A stretch of 64,000 nt of DNA from an uncultured Clostridia bacterium (GTDB taxonomy: Bacteria > Bacillota > Clostridia > TANB77 > CAG-508), in the NCBI GenBank assembly GCA_963558405.1, contig CAUWGC010000002.1, positions 32,001 to 96,000 on the forward strand, read 5' to 3'. A model generated the notes under the pieces. The model ran no database searches. It was not told where the DNA came from and was given only the letters and a program-made list of their open reading frames with translations. Of the stretch, positions 10,927 through 19,503 are shown piece after piece. A program made the translations under genes and the position numbers. Position 1 is the stretch's first letter; every line of letters begins with the position of its first letter.

Positions 10927-10976
10927 TAGAAATACCTCCTACATATATATTATATCAATTATCAGATGTATTATCA

Positions 10977-11011
10977 ATATTTTAAAGTGCAAATTTTGCA
11001 CTTTAAAATAT
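10977..11011. promoter_or_regulatory. Perfect 17-bp-arm palindrome, probable operator upstream of the fic gene
   Basis: ATATTTTAAAGTGCAAA-T-TTTGCACTTTAAAATAT, abutting a minus-strand TTGATA-N17-TATAAT promoter. Confidence 0.6.
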
Positions 11012-11179
11012 AAAGTTTGCACTTATACTTATTATCATTTTGCAATTTTGCGTTAATATTCAAATTAAAAAATTTTTTTCAAAATTTTAAAAAAACTTTG
11101 GATTTTGAAATGTTTTTTTCAAATTTATGTTACATTTCAAATGAAATTTCAGGCATTTCTAAAATATTTTGTTATAATT

Positions 11180-11384
11180 ATTTATAAATGTAGATTATTG
11201 TTTTATAATTTTATTATAAAAATCTATTGAAGTACTTATTATAGCTACCTCTTTATCTTCAAATAATTTATATCTATTATTCATCTTTTGTATTAAATCT
11301 TCAGTTACAATCTTATCATTAAAATCCTTTCCTGGAGTTCTCGCTACTCTTTTTTATACTTGGTTTTCTCATTCCAAACTTCAT
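11180..11384 (-). pseudogene. Fused gene remnant (deletion junction)
   Basis: GGAG RBS plus MKFGMRKPSIKKS (resembles the start of a common phage-associated small protein), joined out of frame to an unrelated fragment RVARTPGKDFNDKIVTEDLIQKM. Confidence 0.45.
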
Positions 11385-11402
11385 AAGATAATCTCCATTT
11401 TA

Positions 11403-12125
11403 CTATGATTTCTTATATTTTTTATATCCCCAGTAAGTTCCTCCACCTAGTGCTCCTAATGTTATAACTCCTACTAAAGGATTTGAATCTTCTTCGTTAT
11501 CTGTTATTGTATTATTATTAATATTATTTTTATTTATTGTAGATATCTTTACACCATTTTCTATCTTTTGCTCTTCTTTTATATTTATTTTTATTGTATT
11601 TGTTTTCCCATTAGAACTACTTGCAGTTATCTCAACTGTTCCGGCTTTTTTTGCTACAATTTCTCCACTAGAACTAATCGTAGCAATATTATCATCGCTT
11701 GACTTCCATGTAATATTCTTCTCTGTTACATTTTCTGGTATTATTGTAGCTGTTAACTTTTGACTTTCTCCTTCTTTCATACTCGTTATATTTTCATTTA
11801 TTTTAATATCTGTTGCTACTATTGTAGCTTGTACTGTAGATGTCTCTTTAGTATTTGATGTACTATTTTGAATTGATGATGAACTAGAAGAATATGGACA
11901 AACCCCATTTGTATGTAAATGGGCTGGATATCCCCCACAATGGTAATGATAACTTCCTAGTCCACTTTTATTTTTGTTATCTTTATGTCCACCACTTGAA
12001 TCTGTTCTTCCTGAATGACCATATGCATTAACTCCTATTGATATTATGCTTAAAGCAATTACTAAAATTGATAATTTTTTTACCTTGTTTTTCCTCATAT
12101 ATATCCCCCTTAAATAGTATATCAA
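11403..12125 (-). CDS. YHYH-domain, Ig-like (Big_2) membrane-anchored surface protein
   Basis: Signal peptide, HSGRTDSSGGH..YHYHCGG, ITWKSSD..IATI, C-terminal TM segment. Confidence 0.8.
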   Translation of the reverse strand: MIYYLRGIYMRKNKVKKLSILVIALSIISIGVNAYGHSGRTDSSGGHKDNKNKSGLGSYHYHCGGYPAHLHTNGVCPYSSSSSSIQNSTSNTKETSTVQATIVATDIKINENITSMKEGESQKLTATIIPENVTEKNITWKSSDDNIATISSSGEIVAKKAGTVEITASSSNGKTNTIKINIKEEQKIENGVKISTINKNNINNNTITDNEEDSNPLVGVITLGALGGGTYWGYKKYKKS

Positions 12126-12142
12126 CTTTTTATTGCAAAATT

Positions 12143-12177
12143 TGTCGAACGTTGCAAGTAAAATATAAATTTCGACA
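12143..12177. promoter_or_regulatory. Inverted pair of Spo0A boxes
   Basis: TGTCGAA at 12143-12149 and TTCGACA at 12171-12177, upstream of the YHYH gene. Confidence 0.5.
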
Positions 12178-12417
12178 AACTATAACATCTTATTTTTCTA
12201 TAAGTCTATATTTGCTATCCTATTATAAAATTTTTTTACTATAAGTCAGTTTTCTACATTATATGACATCCAGTTTGTATTATAATTATGTTGACTTTTT
12301 ATTGTTTTATTTCTAAGATTTGTTATCATACTTAACTTCAATAAATTATTTTTAGTCCATAGAAAATATTAATGATTATATTTGTTAGATTCTTCATTAA
12401 TATTTTCTTTTTCTATT

Positions 12418-12439
12418 TGGTTGACCTTCGGGTTATGAG
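12418..12439 (-). repeat. att site: displaced 3' tRNA fragment with internal deletion
   Basis: TGGTTG joined directly to ACCTTCGGGTTATGAG; matches tRNA 53975-54019 minus 23 nt. Confidence 0.85.
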
Positions 12440-12498
12440 GAGATAAAGTCATAATCTCAAAGCCCTTTATTCTCATAGGTTTGGAGATTTATTTTTTG

Positions 12499-12523
12499 TT
12501 TATACCCTTTATTTACCCTTTAT
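12499..12523 (+). repeat. Integrase arm-type site, left copy
   Basis: TTTATACCCTTTATTTACCCTTTAT, identical to 53848-53872; tandem TACCCTTTA. Confidence 0.8.
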
Positions 12524-12550
12524 CTTGTTTTATATACCTCTATATGCTTT

Positions 12551-13744
12551 TTAATCCATTTGTAAATCATCTAAATAAGCTTCTAATCTGTTCATTTGGG
12601 ATAACTTAACTTGTCCTAATATATGGACATATATGTCTGCTGTTGTACTATAACTAGCATGACCTAAAATTTCTTGCAAAACTCTTAAATCTATTCCTGC
12701 CTCAATAGATCTTGTTGCAAAAGTATGTCTTAATTCGTGAATTCCTACTTTTCTAAAATTATGGCTTTCACAAATTTGCTGACAATGTTTTCTTAAATAT
12801 TCTGAATTTATTGGATTATTACACTTTGTTTTAAATATAAAATCATTTTCGTTAAATCCATCTCCTAATTCAGCAAGTGTTTCACTTTCATTTATTTTTT
12901 CTTCTTTATATTCTTTTAAAATTCTTATTACTTTATCTAGCATAGGAACAACTCTATAACTGTTTTCTGTTTTTACATCTGTTACTTTTCGTTCTCTTTT
13001 TATCTTATTTAAATCATCATCATAAGTTGTAACTTTTTGAACTCCCCTTCTTACATAAAGAGCTTTATTTTCAAAATCAATATCTTTCCAAGTAAGTCCA
13101 CTTAGTTCTCCTGCTCTTAATCCTGTATTTACTAAAACAATATATGCTGTTCCCATTGTGTGTTCTTTCATAAATCCTTCAAATATCTTTTGTTCCTCTT
13201 TAGTCATTATTTTTAGTTCTTTTCTTCTCATAGAAGGTAACTTTAATTTCTTTGTAGGATTCATTGTCATTAATCTACACATCATTGCATCATCAAAGCA
13301 CATTTTTAATATGCTATTATAATGTCTTAATGATTTAGGCGATTTTCCTTCTTTTTGTAATTGACTAATAAATTTTTGTAAATGATATAACTCTATTTTT
13401 TGCAACTGCATATTACCTAAATACTCAATTATTTTCTTAGTTTTTTCAACATACCCTTGATATGTTCTAGGCGAAATATAAGGCTTTTTATAAATTTTCA
13501 TCCACTCTTTAATCCATTCTTCGAGTGTAACATTATTATTTTCTATAAAATAATTATCATCCTTTTGCCTTCTCATTTCTTGCATTTTTTCTACTACAAC
13601 TCTTTGAGTTTTCCCATATACAGAAACTTGTTTATTTTTACCATTTACACAAACTGTTACCCTCCCTTCATAACTATTTCCTCTTTTTCTTATTGTGCCT
13701 TCGCCTTTAATTCTTCTTGAAACTTTATCTTTACTCTTACTCAT
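12551..13744 (-). CDS. int: Tyrosine recombinase/integrase
   Basis: GEGTIRKR N-terminus, TGLRAGEL, HELRHTFATR, LGHAS..TADIY. Confidence 0.95.
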   Translation of the reverse strand: MSKSKDKVSRRIKGEGTIRKRGNSYEGRVTVCVNGKNKQVSVYGKTQRVVVEKMQEMRRQKDDNYFIENNNVTLEEWIKEWMKIYKKPYISPRTYQGYVEKTKKIIEYLGNMQLQKIELYHLQKFISQLQKEGKSPKSLRHYNSILKMCFDDAMMCRLMTMNPTKKLKLPSMRRKELKIMTKEEQKIFEGFMKEHTMGTAYIVLVNTGLRAGELSGLTWKDIDFENKALYVRRGVQKVTTYDDDLNKIKRERKVTDVKTENSYRVVPMLDKVIRILKEYKEEKINESETLAELGDGFNENDFIFKTKCNNPINSEYLRKHCQQICESHNFRKVGIHELRHTFATRSIEAGIDLRVLQEILGHASYSTTADIYVHILGQVKLSQMNRLEAYLDDLQMD

Positions 13745-13758
13745 TATCTCCCTCCCAT

Positions 13759-13839
13759 AAAAAAGGGACTTATAATAATGGTAATTTAATATTGCTCATC
13801 CACTATTATAAATCCTATATCGTTTCAACTCCAAACCCT
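13759..13839 (-). promoter_or_regulatory. Terminator hairpin overlapping an element-specific promoter of int
   Basis: 16-bp stem GGATTTATAATAGTGG/CCATTATTATAAGTCC plus U-tract before the RBS; AGGGTTTGGAGT-N17-TATAAT. Confidence 0.65.
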
Positions 13840-14023
13840 AAACAATAATTCTTCCTGAATTTTTATCAAACCATTCAATCATCTTAGGCTTGTTTATTAC
13901 GATTCTTCTTTCAAATTTTATGCAAGGAAAATCTTTTAATTTAGTCAGTTCTGCCATAAGCTGTTTACTTATTCCTAATATTTCAGAAGCCTCTTGTATA
14001 TTTATTCCTATTTTTTCATCCAT
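13838..14023 (-). CDS. xis: Excisionase-like HTH protein
   Basis: INIQEASEILGIS..DFPCIKFERRIVI; directly upstream of int. Confidence 0.75.
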   Translation of the reverse strand: MDEKIGINIQEASEILGISKQLMAELTKLKDFPCIKFERRIVINKPKMIEWFDKNSGRIIV

Positions 14024-14235
14024 ATAGCAGATCCTCCTTCTTTTAATATTTCTTCAGCTTTTTTAACTGCCTCTCTTGGAGAATATAATTTCATCACACA
14101 TTCAATTTCATCATTTAATAATTTTACACTTAAATCATTTGGTGCTACTCCTAAAGTATTTAAAGCAATAACTGCATAAGCTCTAGCTTGTTTTACAGTA
14201 ACAGTTTTTACATTATTTAATTTCATTTTTATCAA
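14008..14235 (-). CDS. Hypothetical protein (about 72-75 aa)
   Basis: ORF with AAAGGA RBS, overlaps xis. Confidence 0.65.
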   Translation of the reverse strand: MIKMKLNNVKTVTVKQARAYAVIALNTLGVAPNDLSVKLLNDEIECVMKLYSPREAVKKAEEILKEGGSAIWMKK

Positions 14236-14259
14236 TTCCTTTCACTTATAAATTTTTTA

Positions 14260-14515
14260 ATTAGTTACAAGCGAATTTAGTATCATTCACATAGGAATTG
14301 CACCTCTCCGTTTCCACCGAGCGACTCCTCAACTAAATTAAGCCGAGTCGAAGTATCATTATCACACTAATATAGATCTTCGCCTACATAAACTTACCAT
14401 CGTTTACTTTTTCCCTCGTTATAGTCGCTATTTACTTTAAATTAACCTTCGCCTTCTTGGAGCTACCTACATTAGTTAAAGTCTTGTAACTAATATATTC
14501 ACTTGTCAATGTTCA
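14260..14515 (-). ncRNA. Putative structured leader RNA preceded by a boxA-like motif
   Basis: ORF-free, relatively GC-rich segment closed by 12-bp inverted repeat ATTAGTTACAAG (14260-14271) / CTTGTAACTAAT (14483-14494); TGAACATTGACAAGTGAATA just 5' on the minus strand. Confidence 0.5.
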
Positions 14516-14569
14516 TAGCAAATCTCACTTGCTACTCACATTGGCGAAAAAAATTTTAAAATGTCCCGA

Positions 14570-14800
14570 TTATTTTAAAAATTTTTTAATTTCTTTTATT
14601 GCTTTAAATTTTTCAATATTGTCAAAGACTCTATCTTCAATATATTCCTTACATTCTTGATTAAATTTACCTTTTATATATGATTCTTTATTTATCAAAG
14701 GCTCAAATAAAATAAGAATCTCAAATTTTGATTTTGTATCTCCATTTACAGCTTTTTCAATAACATTAAATAATTCTTTATTACTCATCTCAATTTTCAT
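14570..14800 (-). CDS. HTH_16 / Tn916 Orf8-like protein
   Basis: VIEKAVNGD..EILILFEPLINK; paired with sigma-like gene upstream of xis-int. Confidence 0.7.
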   Translation of the reverse strand: MKIEMSNKELFNVIEKAVNGDTKSKFEILILFEPLINKESYIKGKFNQECKEYIEDRVFDNIEKFKAIKEIKKFLK

Positions 14801-14802
14801 TT

Positions 14803-15234
14803 CTATTCTCCTAACATTTTCTTTATTTTAGATTTAATAATACTTTTTTTATTTCTAATTGTCTTTTCCGTTAAATTCATTTTATTAGCAATTTCTTTAC
14901 TGCTATATTCATCAATACTTAATGCTAATATTTTCTTTTCATCTTGTGTTAAATTATGAATTGCTAATTTTAATTTCTTATTTGTAGTAATATCTTCTAA
15001 TTCTCTTATTTCTGATATTTTTAAATCTTCAAAAGCAAAAAAAGAGTCGCTATCATACAATGACAACGACACATTTCTGTCCACAAAATCAGTAAAAGTA
15101 ATTTCTTTTACTGCTCCACTATCAACCTTTCTTGCAAAATCAATCGCAGAATGTTTTACTACTTTTTTTACATATACTTTAAATGCCCTTACAACATACT
15201 CAACTTCACTTTCTGAATATTCTCTAGCACTCAT
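14803..15234 (-). CDS. Sigma-70 region-4 protein, Tn916 Orf7-like
   Basis: FKVYVKKVVKHSAIDFAR..AIHNLTQDEKKIL..SKEIANKMNLTEKTIRNKK; start moved to ATG 15234 after GGAGG. Confidence 0.75.
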   Translation of the reverse strand: MSAREYSESEVEYVVRAFKVYVKKVVKHSAIDFARKVDSGAVKEITFTDFVDRNVSLSLYDSDSFFAFEDLKISEIRELEDITTNKKLKLAIHNLTQDEKKILALSIDEYSSKEIANKMNLTEKTIRNKKSIIKSKIKKMLGE

Positions 15235-15524
15235 AAAGATTACCTCCGTTCTAGGACACACTAAAGCCCATACAACGGAGGCAATATAAAAACATTACCT
15301 GAAAATATTTATTTTATATTATAAGAATTTTCAAAATCCTGTATCTATTCATAATAAAAATCTCCTTTTAAACAAATAATCCATAATTGCCAAAGCATAT
15401 AAAAATTCCATCCTTAGTCTTTTCTTAACACATCAACCTTAGTGTAAAATTACATTACCTCGTATTTATGGACTATTTGTCCTGCTTAATATAATAGAAC
15501 TTTTTAGCAAAATTTCATCAAAAT

Positions 15525-15637
15525 TGCTGAAAGGAACTGAAAAAGTGCTGAAAAATGCTGAAAAATGCTGAAATCCTTGTCGAATTATAGGAAGTTGTGT
15601 CGATTAGATTGAAACTTAACATAAAAAATGATATAAT
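15525..15637 (+). promoter_or_regulatory. Phased TGCTGAA array, 0A boxes and sigmaA promoter of the Spo0A-like gene
   Basis: TGCTGAA at 15525, 15546, 15556, 15566; AACTGAA at 15535; TGTCGAA at 15578; TGTCGAT at 15598; TTGAAA-N17-TATAAT at 15609-15637. Confidence 0.7.
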
Positions 15638-15705
15638 AAAACCCAGTTAGATAAGCTAATTGAGAGCTTTTATACACTAATTGTAATTTTAATGGAGGGA
15701 ATTAA

Positions 15706-16413
15706 ATGATTGAAGTTATGATTGCAGATGATAATACAGCACTTTGTGAAAGCTGTTTCAAATTTCTAACAAAAGATAAAGAAATAAAAATTGTTTCGTA
15801 TGCCTTAAATGGCGAAGAAACACTAGAAAAATACTTTGAATTTAAACCTGATGTATTATTATTAGACTTAGATATGCCTATAATAAGTGGCATTGATGTT
15901 ATTAACACATTACATAGGTTTTCTGAAGAAAGATCAAAATGTAATATAATTGTTGTTTCAGGAAGTTATGAAAAATTAAATCAATTATATAATACAGCAC
16001 AAGTTTTTAGAGTAATACCTAAACCTGCTAATTTTGATTACATATTAGAAACAATAAAAGAAGTACCTTTAAAAAGCCAAGAAATAAACCAAAAAGAATT
16101 AAAAGAAATTCTAATAGAATTAAGATTAAATGTTTTCTCTACTAGAGTAAAACACCTAATATCAGCAATAAATGTAGCATATAAACACCCTTATTTATTG
16201 AACAATATAAAAGACTTATATTCAGAAGTTGCAAAAGAATATAATATAAGTCCGAAAACAGTTAAATGGAGTATTAGAACTTCAATAGACACTTTAAATC
16301 GTTCTCTGTCTATTGATAATCTTTGCTCCGTTTTTTCTTTAAAATTTAGACCTGATACAGTAACACCAAAATATTTTATAACTTTACTTGTAGAATATTT
16401 TGAGCAAGAATAA
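15706..16413 (+). CDS. Spo0A-like response regulator (receiver plus Spo0A C-terminal domain), ICE-borne paralog
   Basis: IADD..LLLDLDMP..VVSG..IPKP receiver; LISAINVAY..LYSEVAKEYNISPKTVKWSIR..TPKYFI aligns with the Spo0A effector domain. Confidence 0.8.
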   Translation: MIEVMIADDNTALCESCFKFLTKDKEIKIVSYALNGEETLEKYFEFKPDVLLLDLDMPIISGIDVINTLHRFSEERSKCNIIVVSGSYEKLNQLYNTAQVFRVIPKPANFDYILETIKEVPLKSQEINQKELKEILIELRLNVFSTRVKHLISAINVAYKHPYLLNNIKDLYSEVAKEYNISPKTVKWSIRTSIDTLNRSLSIDNLCSVFSLKFRPDTVTPKYFITLLVEYFEQE

Positions 16414-16568
16414 AGAGCAGAAGTTAATTTTTCTGCTCTACCTTTTTTTAATACGGATTTTCTAATCAAATAAACTTTTTCAGCATTCTCAATTATTTAC
16501 AAGTTTTATAGCTACTTTATGAATTTAAAATCAAATAAAGTTTAACATCATTACAGTATATAATATTT

Positions 16569-17069
16569 TTAATTACAAAAATCTTCTTTACAATACTCTG
16601 TTCCAAATTTACTTGGAGTAAAATACTTAACTTCCCCATTATCATTAACAGAAAAAATATGCAAGCATAGAACTTCTGCTATTTCTTTAGGTATTCTTCT
16701 TAGAGCTACTTGAGCAGATTCCCAATATAATCCAAGTCCATATTTATAAGCATGATTGATTCCTGAGATTTTTCCATCATCTTTTGAAACCGAATATCTT
16801 TTTACATCCATTCTTGTTATTATTTGTCCTAAGGCATTAAGCCATCCTTCTTTATTAACCGATTTAGCCGATTTTGAATATGATTTACCTTTACATTCAA
16901 TAAAAAAATATTCACTATTTCTTTTACCACCAACTAATTTAATATCAACTCCGTGTTTATGCAAATCGCTTTTTTCTACTTTTTCTTCGTGCCAATTACC
17001 ATTTGGTTTATTTATCATAAATTTAATAATTTGCTCTACAACAAATTCTTCGGTAATTTTCTCATTCAT
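16569..17069 (-). CDS. PD-(D/E)XK nuclease-like protein
   Basis: HGVDI..FFIECKG..ALGQI. Confidence 0.6.
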   Translation of the reverse strand: MNEKITEEFVVEQIIKFMINKPNGNWHEEKVEKSDLHKHGVDIKLVGGKRNSEYFFIECKGKSYSKSAKSVNKEGWLNALGQIITRMDVKRYSVSKDDGKISGINHAYKYGLGLYWESAQVALRRIPKEIAEVLCLHIFSVNDNGEVKYFTPSKFGTEYCKEDFCN

Positions 17070-17097
17070 ATTTTATCTCCTCAACAAATTTTAAATC

Positions 17098-18474
17098 TTA
17101 TGAATTTTTGTAATCATCCATATATTTTATATCATTTTCTTTGCAAAATTGAATTGCATCCTTATAAATCTCATCCTCATTATCCTTATTATCGTATAAT
17201 TTTCTCGGAACAACTATAGACTTTTCAATTATTGCTTTATATTCTTTTTTATTAAATAAATTTGCATCATATTCAGGTAACATATAAAAATCTGTTGCTA
17301 CTTTATTTATAAACATACTCATCTTCTTAGAATAGTACATTGTAATATATAATTCTTGTGTATTTTTCATAGGTAAAAGTTTCATAAGTCTTTTAATTGA
17401 AAGTACATCAATATTCATATCCAAAATTATTTTATGAAGTTTGTTTATTTCTTTTTCTTTTTTTACAAGTTCTTCAGCAGAAACATAATCATCCTCATCG
17501 TATTCATCAATATCATCATAATATATATCATATTTGCTTAAATCAGTTGTCTCAGTAATTTTTTCAATAACTCTTTTTGTTTTCTCTACTGGATATGGTG
17601 CATTTTCTCTTGTATAATATTGAGCATCTACTACAGTTGCAATTACTATATTATCAGCCATATAAACTACAACTTTATCCCCTATTTTAATGTTTGTATC
17701 TTCTGACATATAGCAATATGTTTTTCCGTTATTATATTCATCATATTCAACAGTTAAGTAATAATATTGTTCCTGTAAAGAATCAGGTATTTCATAATCT
17801 TTTCCTTCAATATCACTTTTAGCATCTTTCTTTTTATTATCTTCTTTTTCAGGGAATATCTGAATTATATAATTATATATCTCTTTTATTTCTTCCTTGT
17901 CAAAACATAAATTATAATAATTGGGAGATAATGCCCCATCCTCAAATAAATTGATTCTCAAATCTACTAAATTATTAGTATATGTATAAAACTCTAAATC
18001 AGGCTCAATAAAACTTATACTTTCATCTTTTTTTAATTTATCATTTATGAATTTTTGTAATAAATTTCTAAGTTCCACTACTTCAAATTCTAATAAAAGT
18101 TCGCCTTTGTTATTATAATTAAAATATTTATTTGAAATAGAGATTATAACATCACACCACCTATCATAAGGATCGTGTTCAAAATCTTTTTTTCTAATAA
18201 TCTTTAAATAAAAATCTGTATAATCATCAATTTTTAATCTTAAAAAATTATTTTGTTCTTTTTTTGCTATTAAAATTTCCAATCGTGGTAAATATTCTTC
18301 TTTATTGTATTTATATATAGTTTCAGGAGAAGGGAGCATATATACATCTCTTTCTTCTAGCTTTCCTTCTTCGTACATTTTAATAGCTTGTATAAGTTCA
18401 TCTCTTTCTTTATATAATTTTTGTAATGACCATTTCTTCTTTTCATCTATATAAACTTCAGGACTTATCATCAT
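17098..18474 (-). CDS. Multi-domain hypothetical protein
   Basis: 458-aa ORF in the cargo operon; central SFIEPDLEF segment loosely recalls WapI-like immunity domains. Confidence 0.6.
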   Translation of the reverse strand: MMISPEVYIDEKKKWSLQKLYKERDELIQAIKMYEEGKLEERDVYMLPSPETIYKYNKEEYLPRLEILIAKKEQNNFLRLKIDDYTDFYLKIIRKKDFEHDPYDRWCDVIISISNKYFNYNNKGELLLEFEVVELRNLLQKFINDKLKKDESISFIEPDLEFYTYTNNLVDLRINLFEDGALSPNYYNLCFDKEEIKEIYNYIIQIFPEKEDNKKKDAKSDIEGKDYEIPDSLQEQYYYLTVEYDEYNNGKTYCYMSEDTNIKIGDKVVVYMADNIVIATVVDAQYYTRENAPYPVEKTKRVIEKITETTDLSKYDIYYDDIDEYDEDDYVSAEELVKKEKEINKLHKIILDMNIDVLSIKRLMKLLPMKNTQELYITMYYSKKMSMFINKVATDFYMLPEYDANLFNKKEYKAIIEKSIVVPRKLYDNKDNEDEIYKDAIQFCKENDIKYMDDYKNS

Positions 18475-18495
18475 AATAACACCTTCTTTATTATC

Positions 18496-19488
18496 TTATA
18501 CTCCACCTAATAAATTTAATGCAGTTTGTCCTAGAAGGTTTACCACTTCTGCATAAAACCATCCGTGTTTATCAAAATGATCTGTTAATTTTTGAAAGAA
18601 ACCTTTTCTTTTATCAATATGTTTAGAATCCTTCATATTTTCTATTATTTCTTTAGTTTCCTCTAATAATTCCTGTAATACTTTTTTATCATCTTCATTA
18701 TCGCATTTTTCTTCAATCTCTTGTTCTATTCTTGAAACTGAATTATCTATATTTAAATTAGAATTAACAACATCTCCCATAACGAAATTACTATTAGTAG
18801 CAGTTAGATTGTTAATATTATATGTATTTGAACTTAATTTACTTAGTCTTTCGTTATGTTTTTTTTCTCTTTCAAAATATGTTCTTCCTGCTTGTGTTAA
18901 TATTGCATTATAAACAGTATCACTTGCCCAACTTACTCTTATTAAACCATTTGAATCTAAAGTTCCTATTATCCCTCTAATAATATCTTTTTCATCATCA
19001 TTAACTTTTTTCTCTAGGAACTCCGTTATATTACCATTTGAATTTTCTACTTTTATTATCTCATTTAATAGATTTTTTTCACTATCTGTTAATTCATCAA
19101 ACAATTCTTCTCTACACCCTTTCTTTTCAAAATATTGCAAAGCTTCAGGAGTTAATGTTACAAACCACCCTCCATCAATAAAATTATTATAATTTGAGAT
19201 ATATCCATATAATTTTAAATCTTCCATTGTTTCTTTAATACAAAATCTCATATAATTTGGAAACTCCGACATATTTCCATTAACAGAATAATCTTTTTCT
19301 TCATTATACTTATTTAAAAAAACATTTAACATTATTTCTGCATTTTTACTTAAAATATTCATAGATAATCTCTCCTTATTTTGTTGTATCAATATCTCTT
19401 TTTGTTTTTTTCTGACAATTTCATCAACTTTTTTATTTAATTCTTTTTCTATTTTTTTAGTATCAATTTTTATTTGAAATTTTGCCAT
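18496..19488 (-). CDS. Hypothetical protein with two wHTH-like repeats and a helical C-terminus
   Basis: Two segments of the form L..G.I…LT..(A/G)..YFE; directly downstream of res. Confidence 0.6.
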   Translation of the reverse strand: MAKFQIKIDTKKIEKELNKKVDEIVRKKQKEILIQQNKERLSMNILSKNAEIMLNVFLNKYNEEKDYSVNGNMSEFPNYMRFCIKETMEDLKLYGYISNYNNFIDGGWFVTLTPEALQYFEKKGCREELFDELTDSEKNLLNEIIKVENSNGNITEFLEKKVNDDEKDIIRGIIGTLDSNGLIRVSWASDTVYNAILTQAGRTYFEREKKHNERLSKLSSNTYNINNLTATNSNFVMGDVVNSNLNIDNSVSRIEQEIEEKCDNEDDKKVLQELLEETKEIIENMKDSKHIDKRKGFFQKLTDHFDKHGWFYAEVVNLLGQTALNLLGGV

Positions 19489-19503
19489 TTATTCATCATC
19501 CTT

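Noticed and set aside
12477-12490. AGGTTTGGAGAT as an eighth copy of the promoter motif
   Set aside because: Opposite orientation and no -10 box at 17 bp; more likely part of an imperfect att-proximal inverted repeat.
15525-15584. Short tandem repeats as a possible CRISPR array
   Set aside because: Period is only about 10 bp with no spacers and no cas genes; no CRISPR array was seen in the window.
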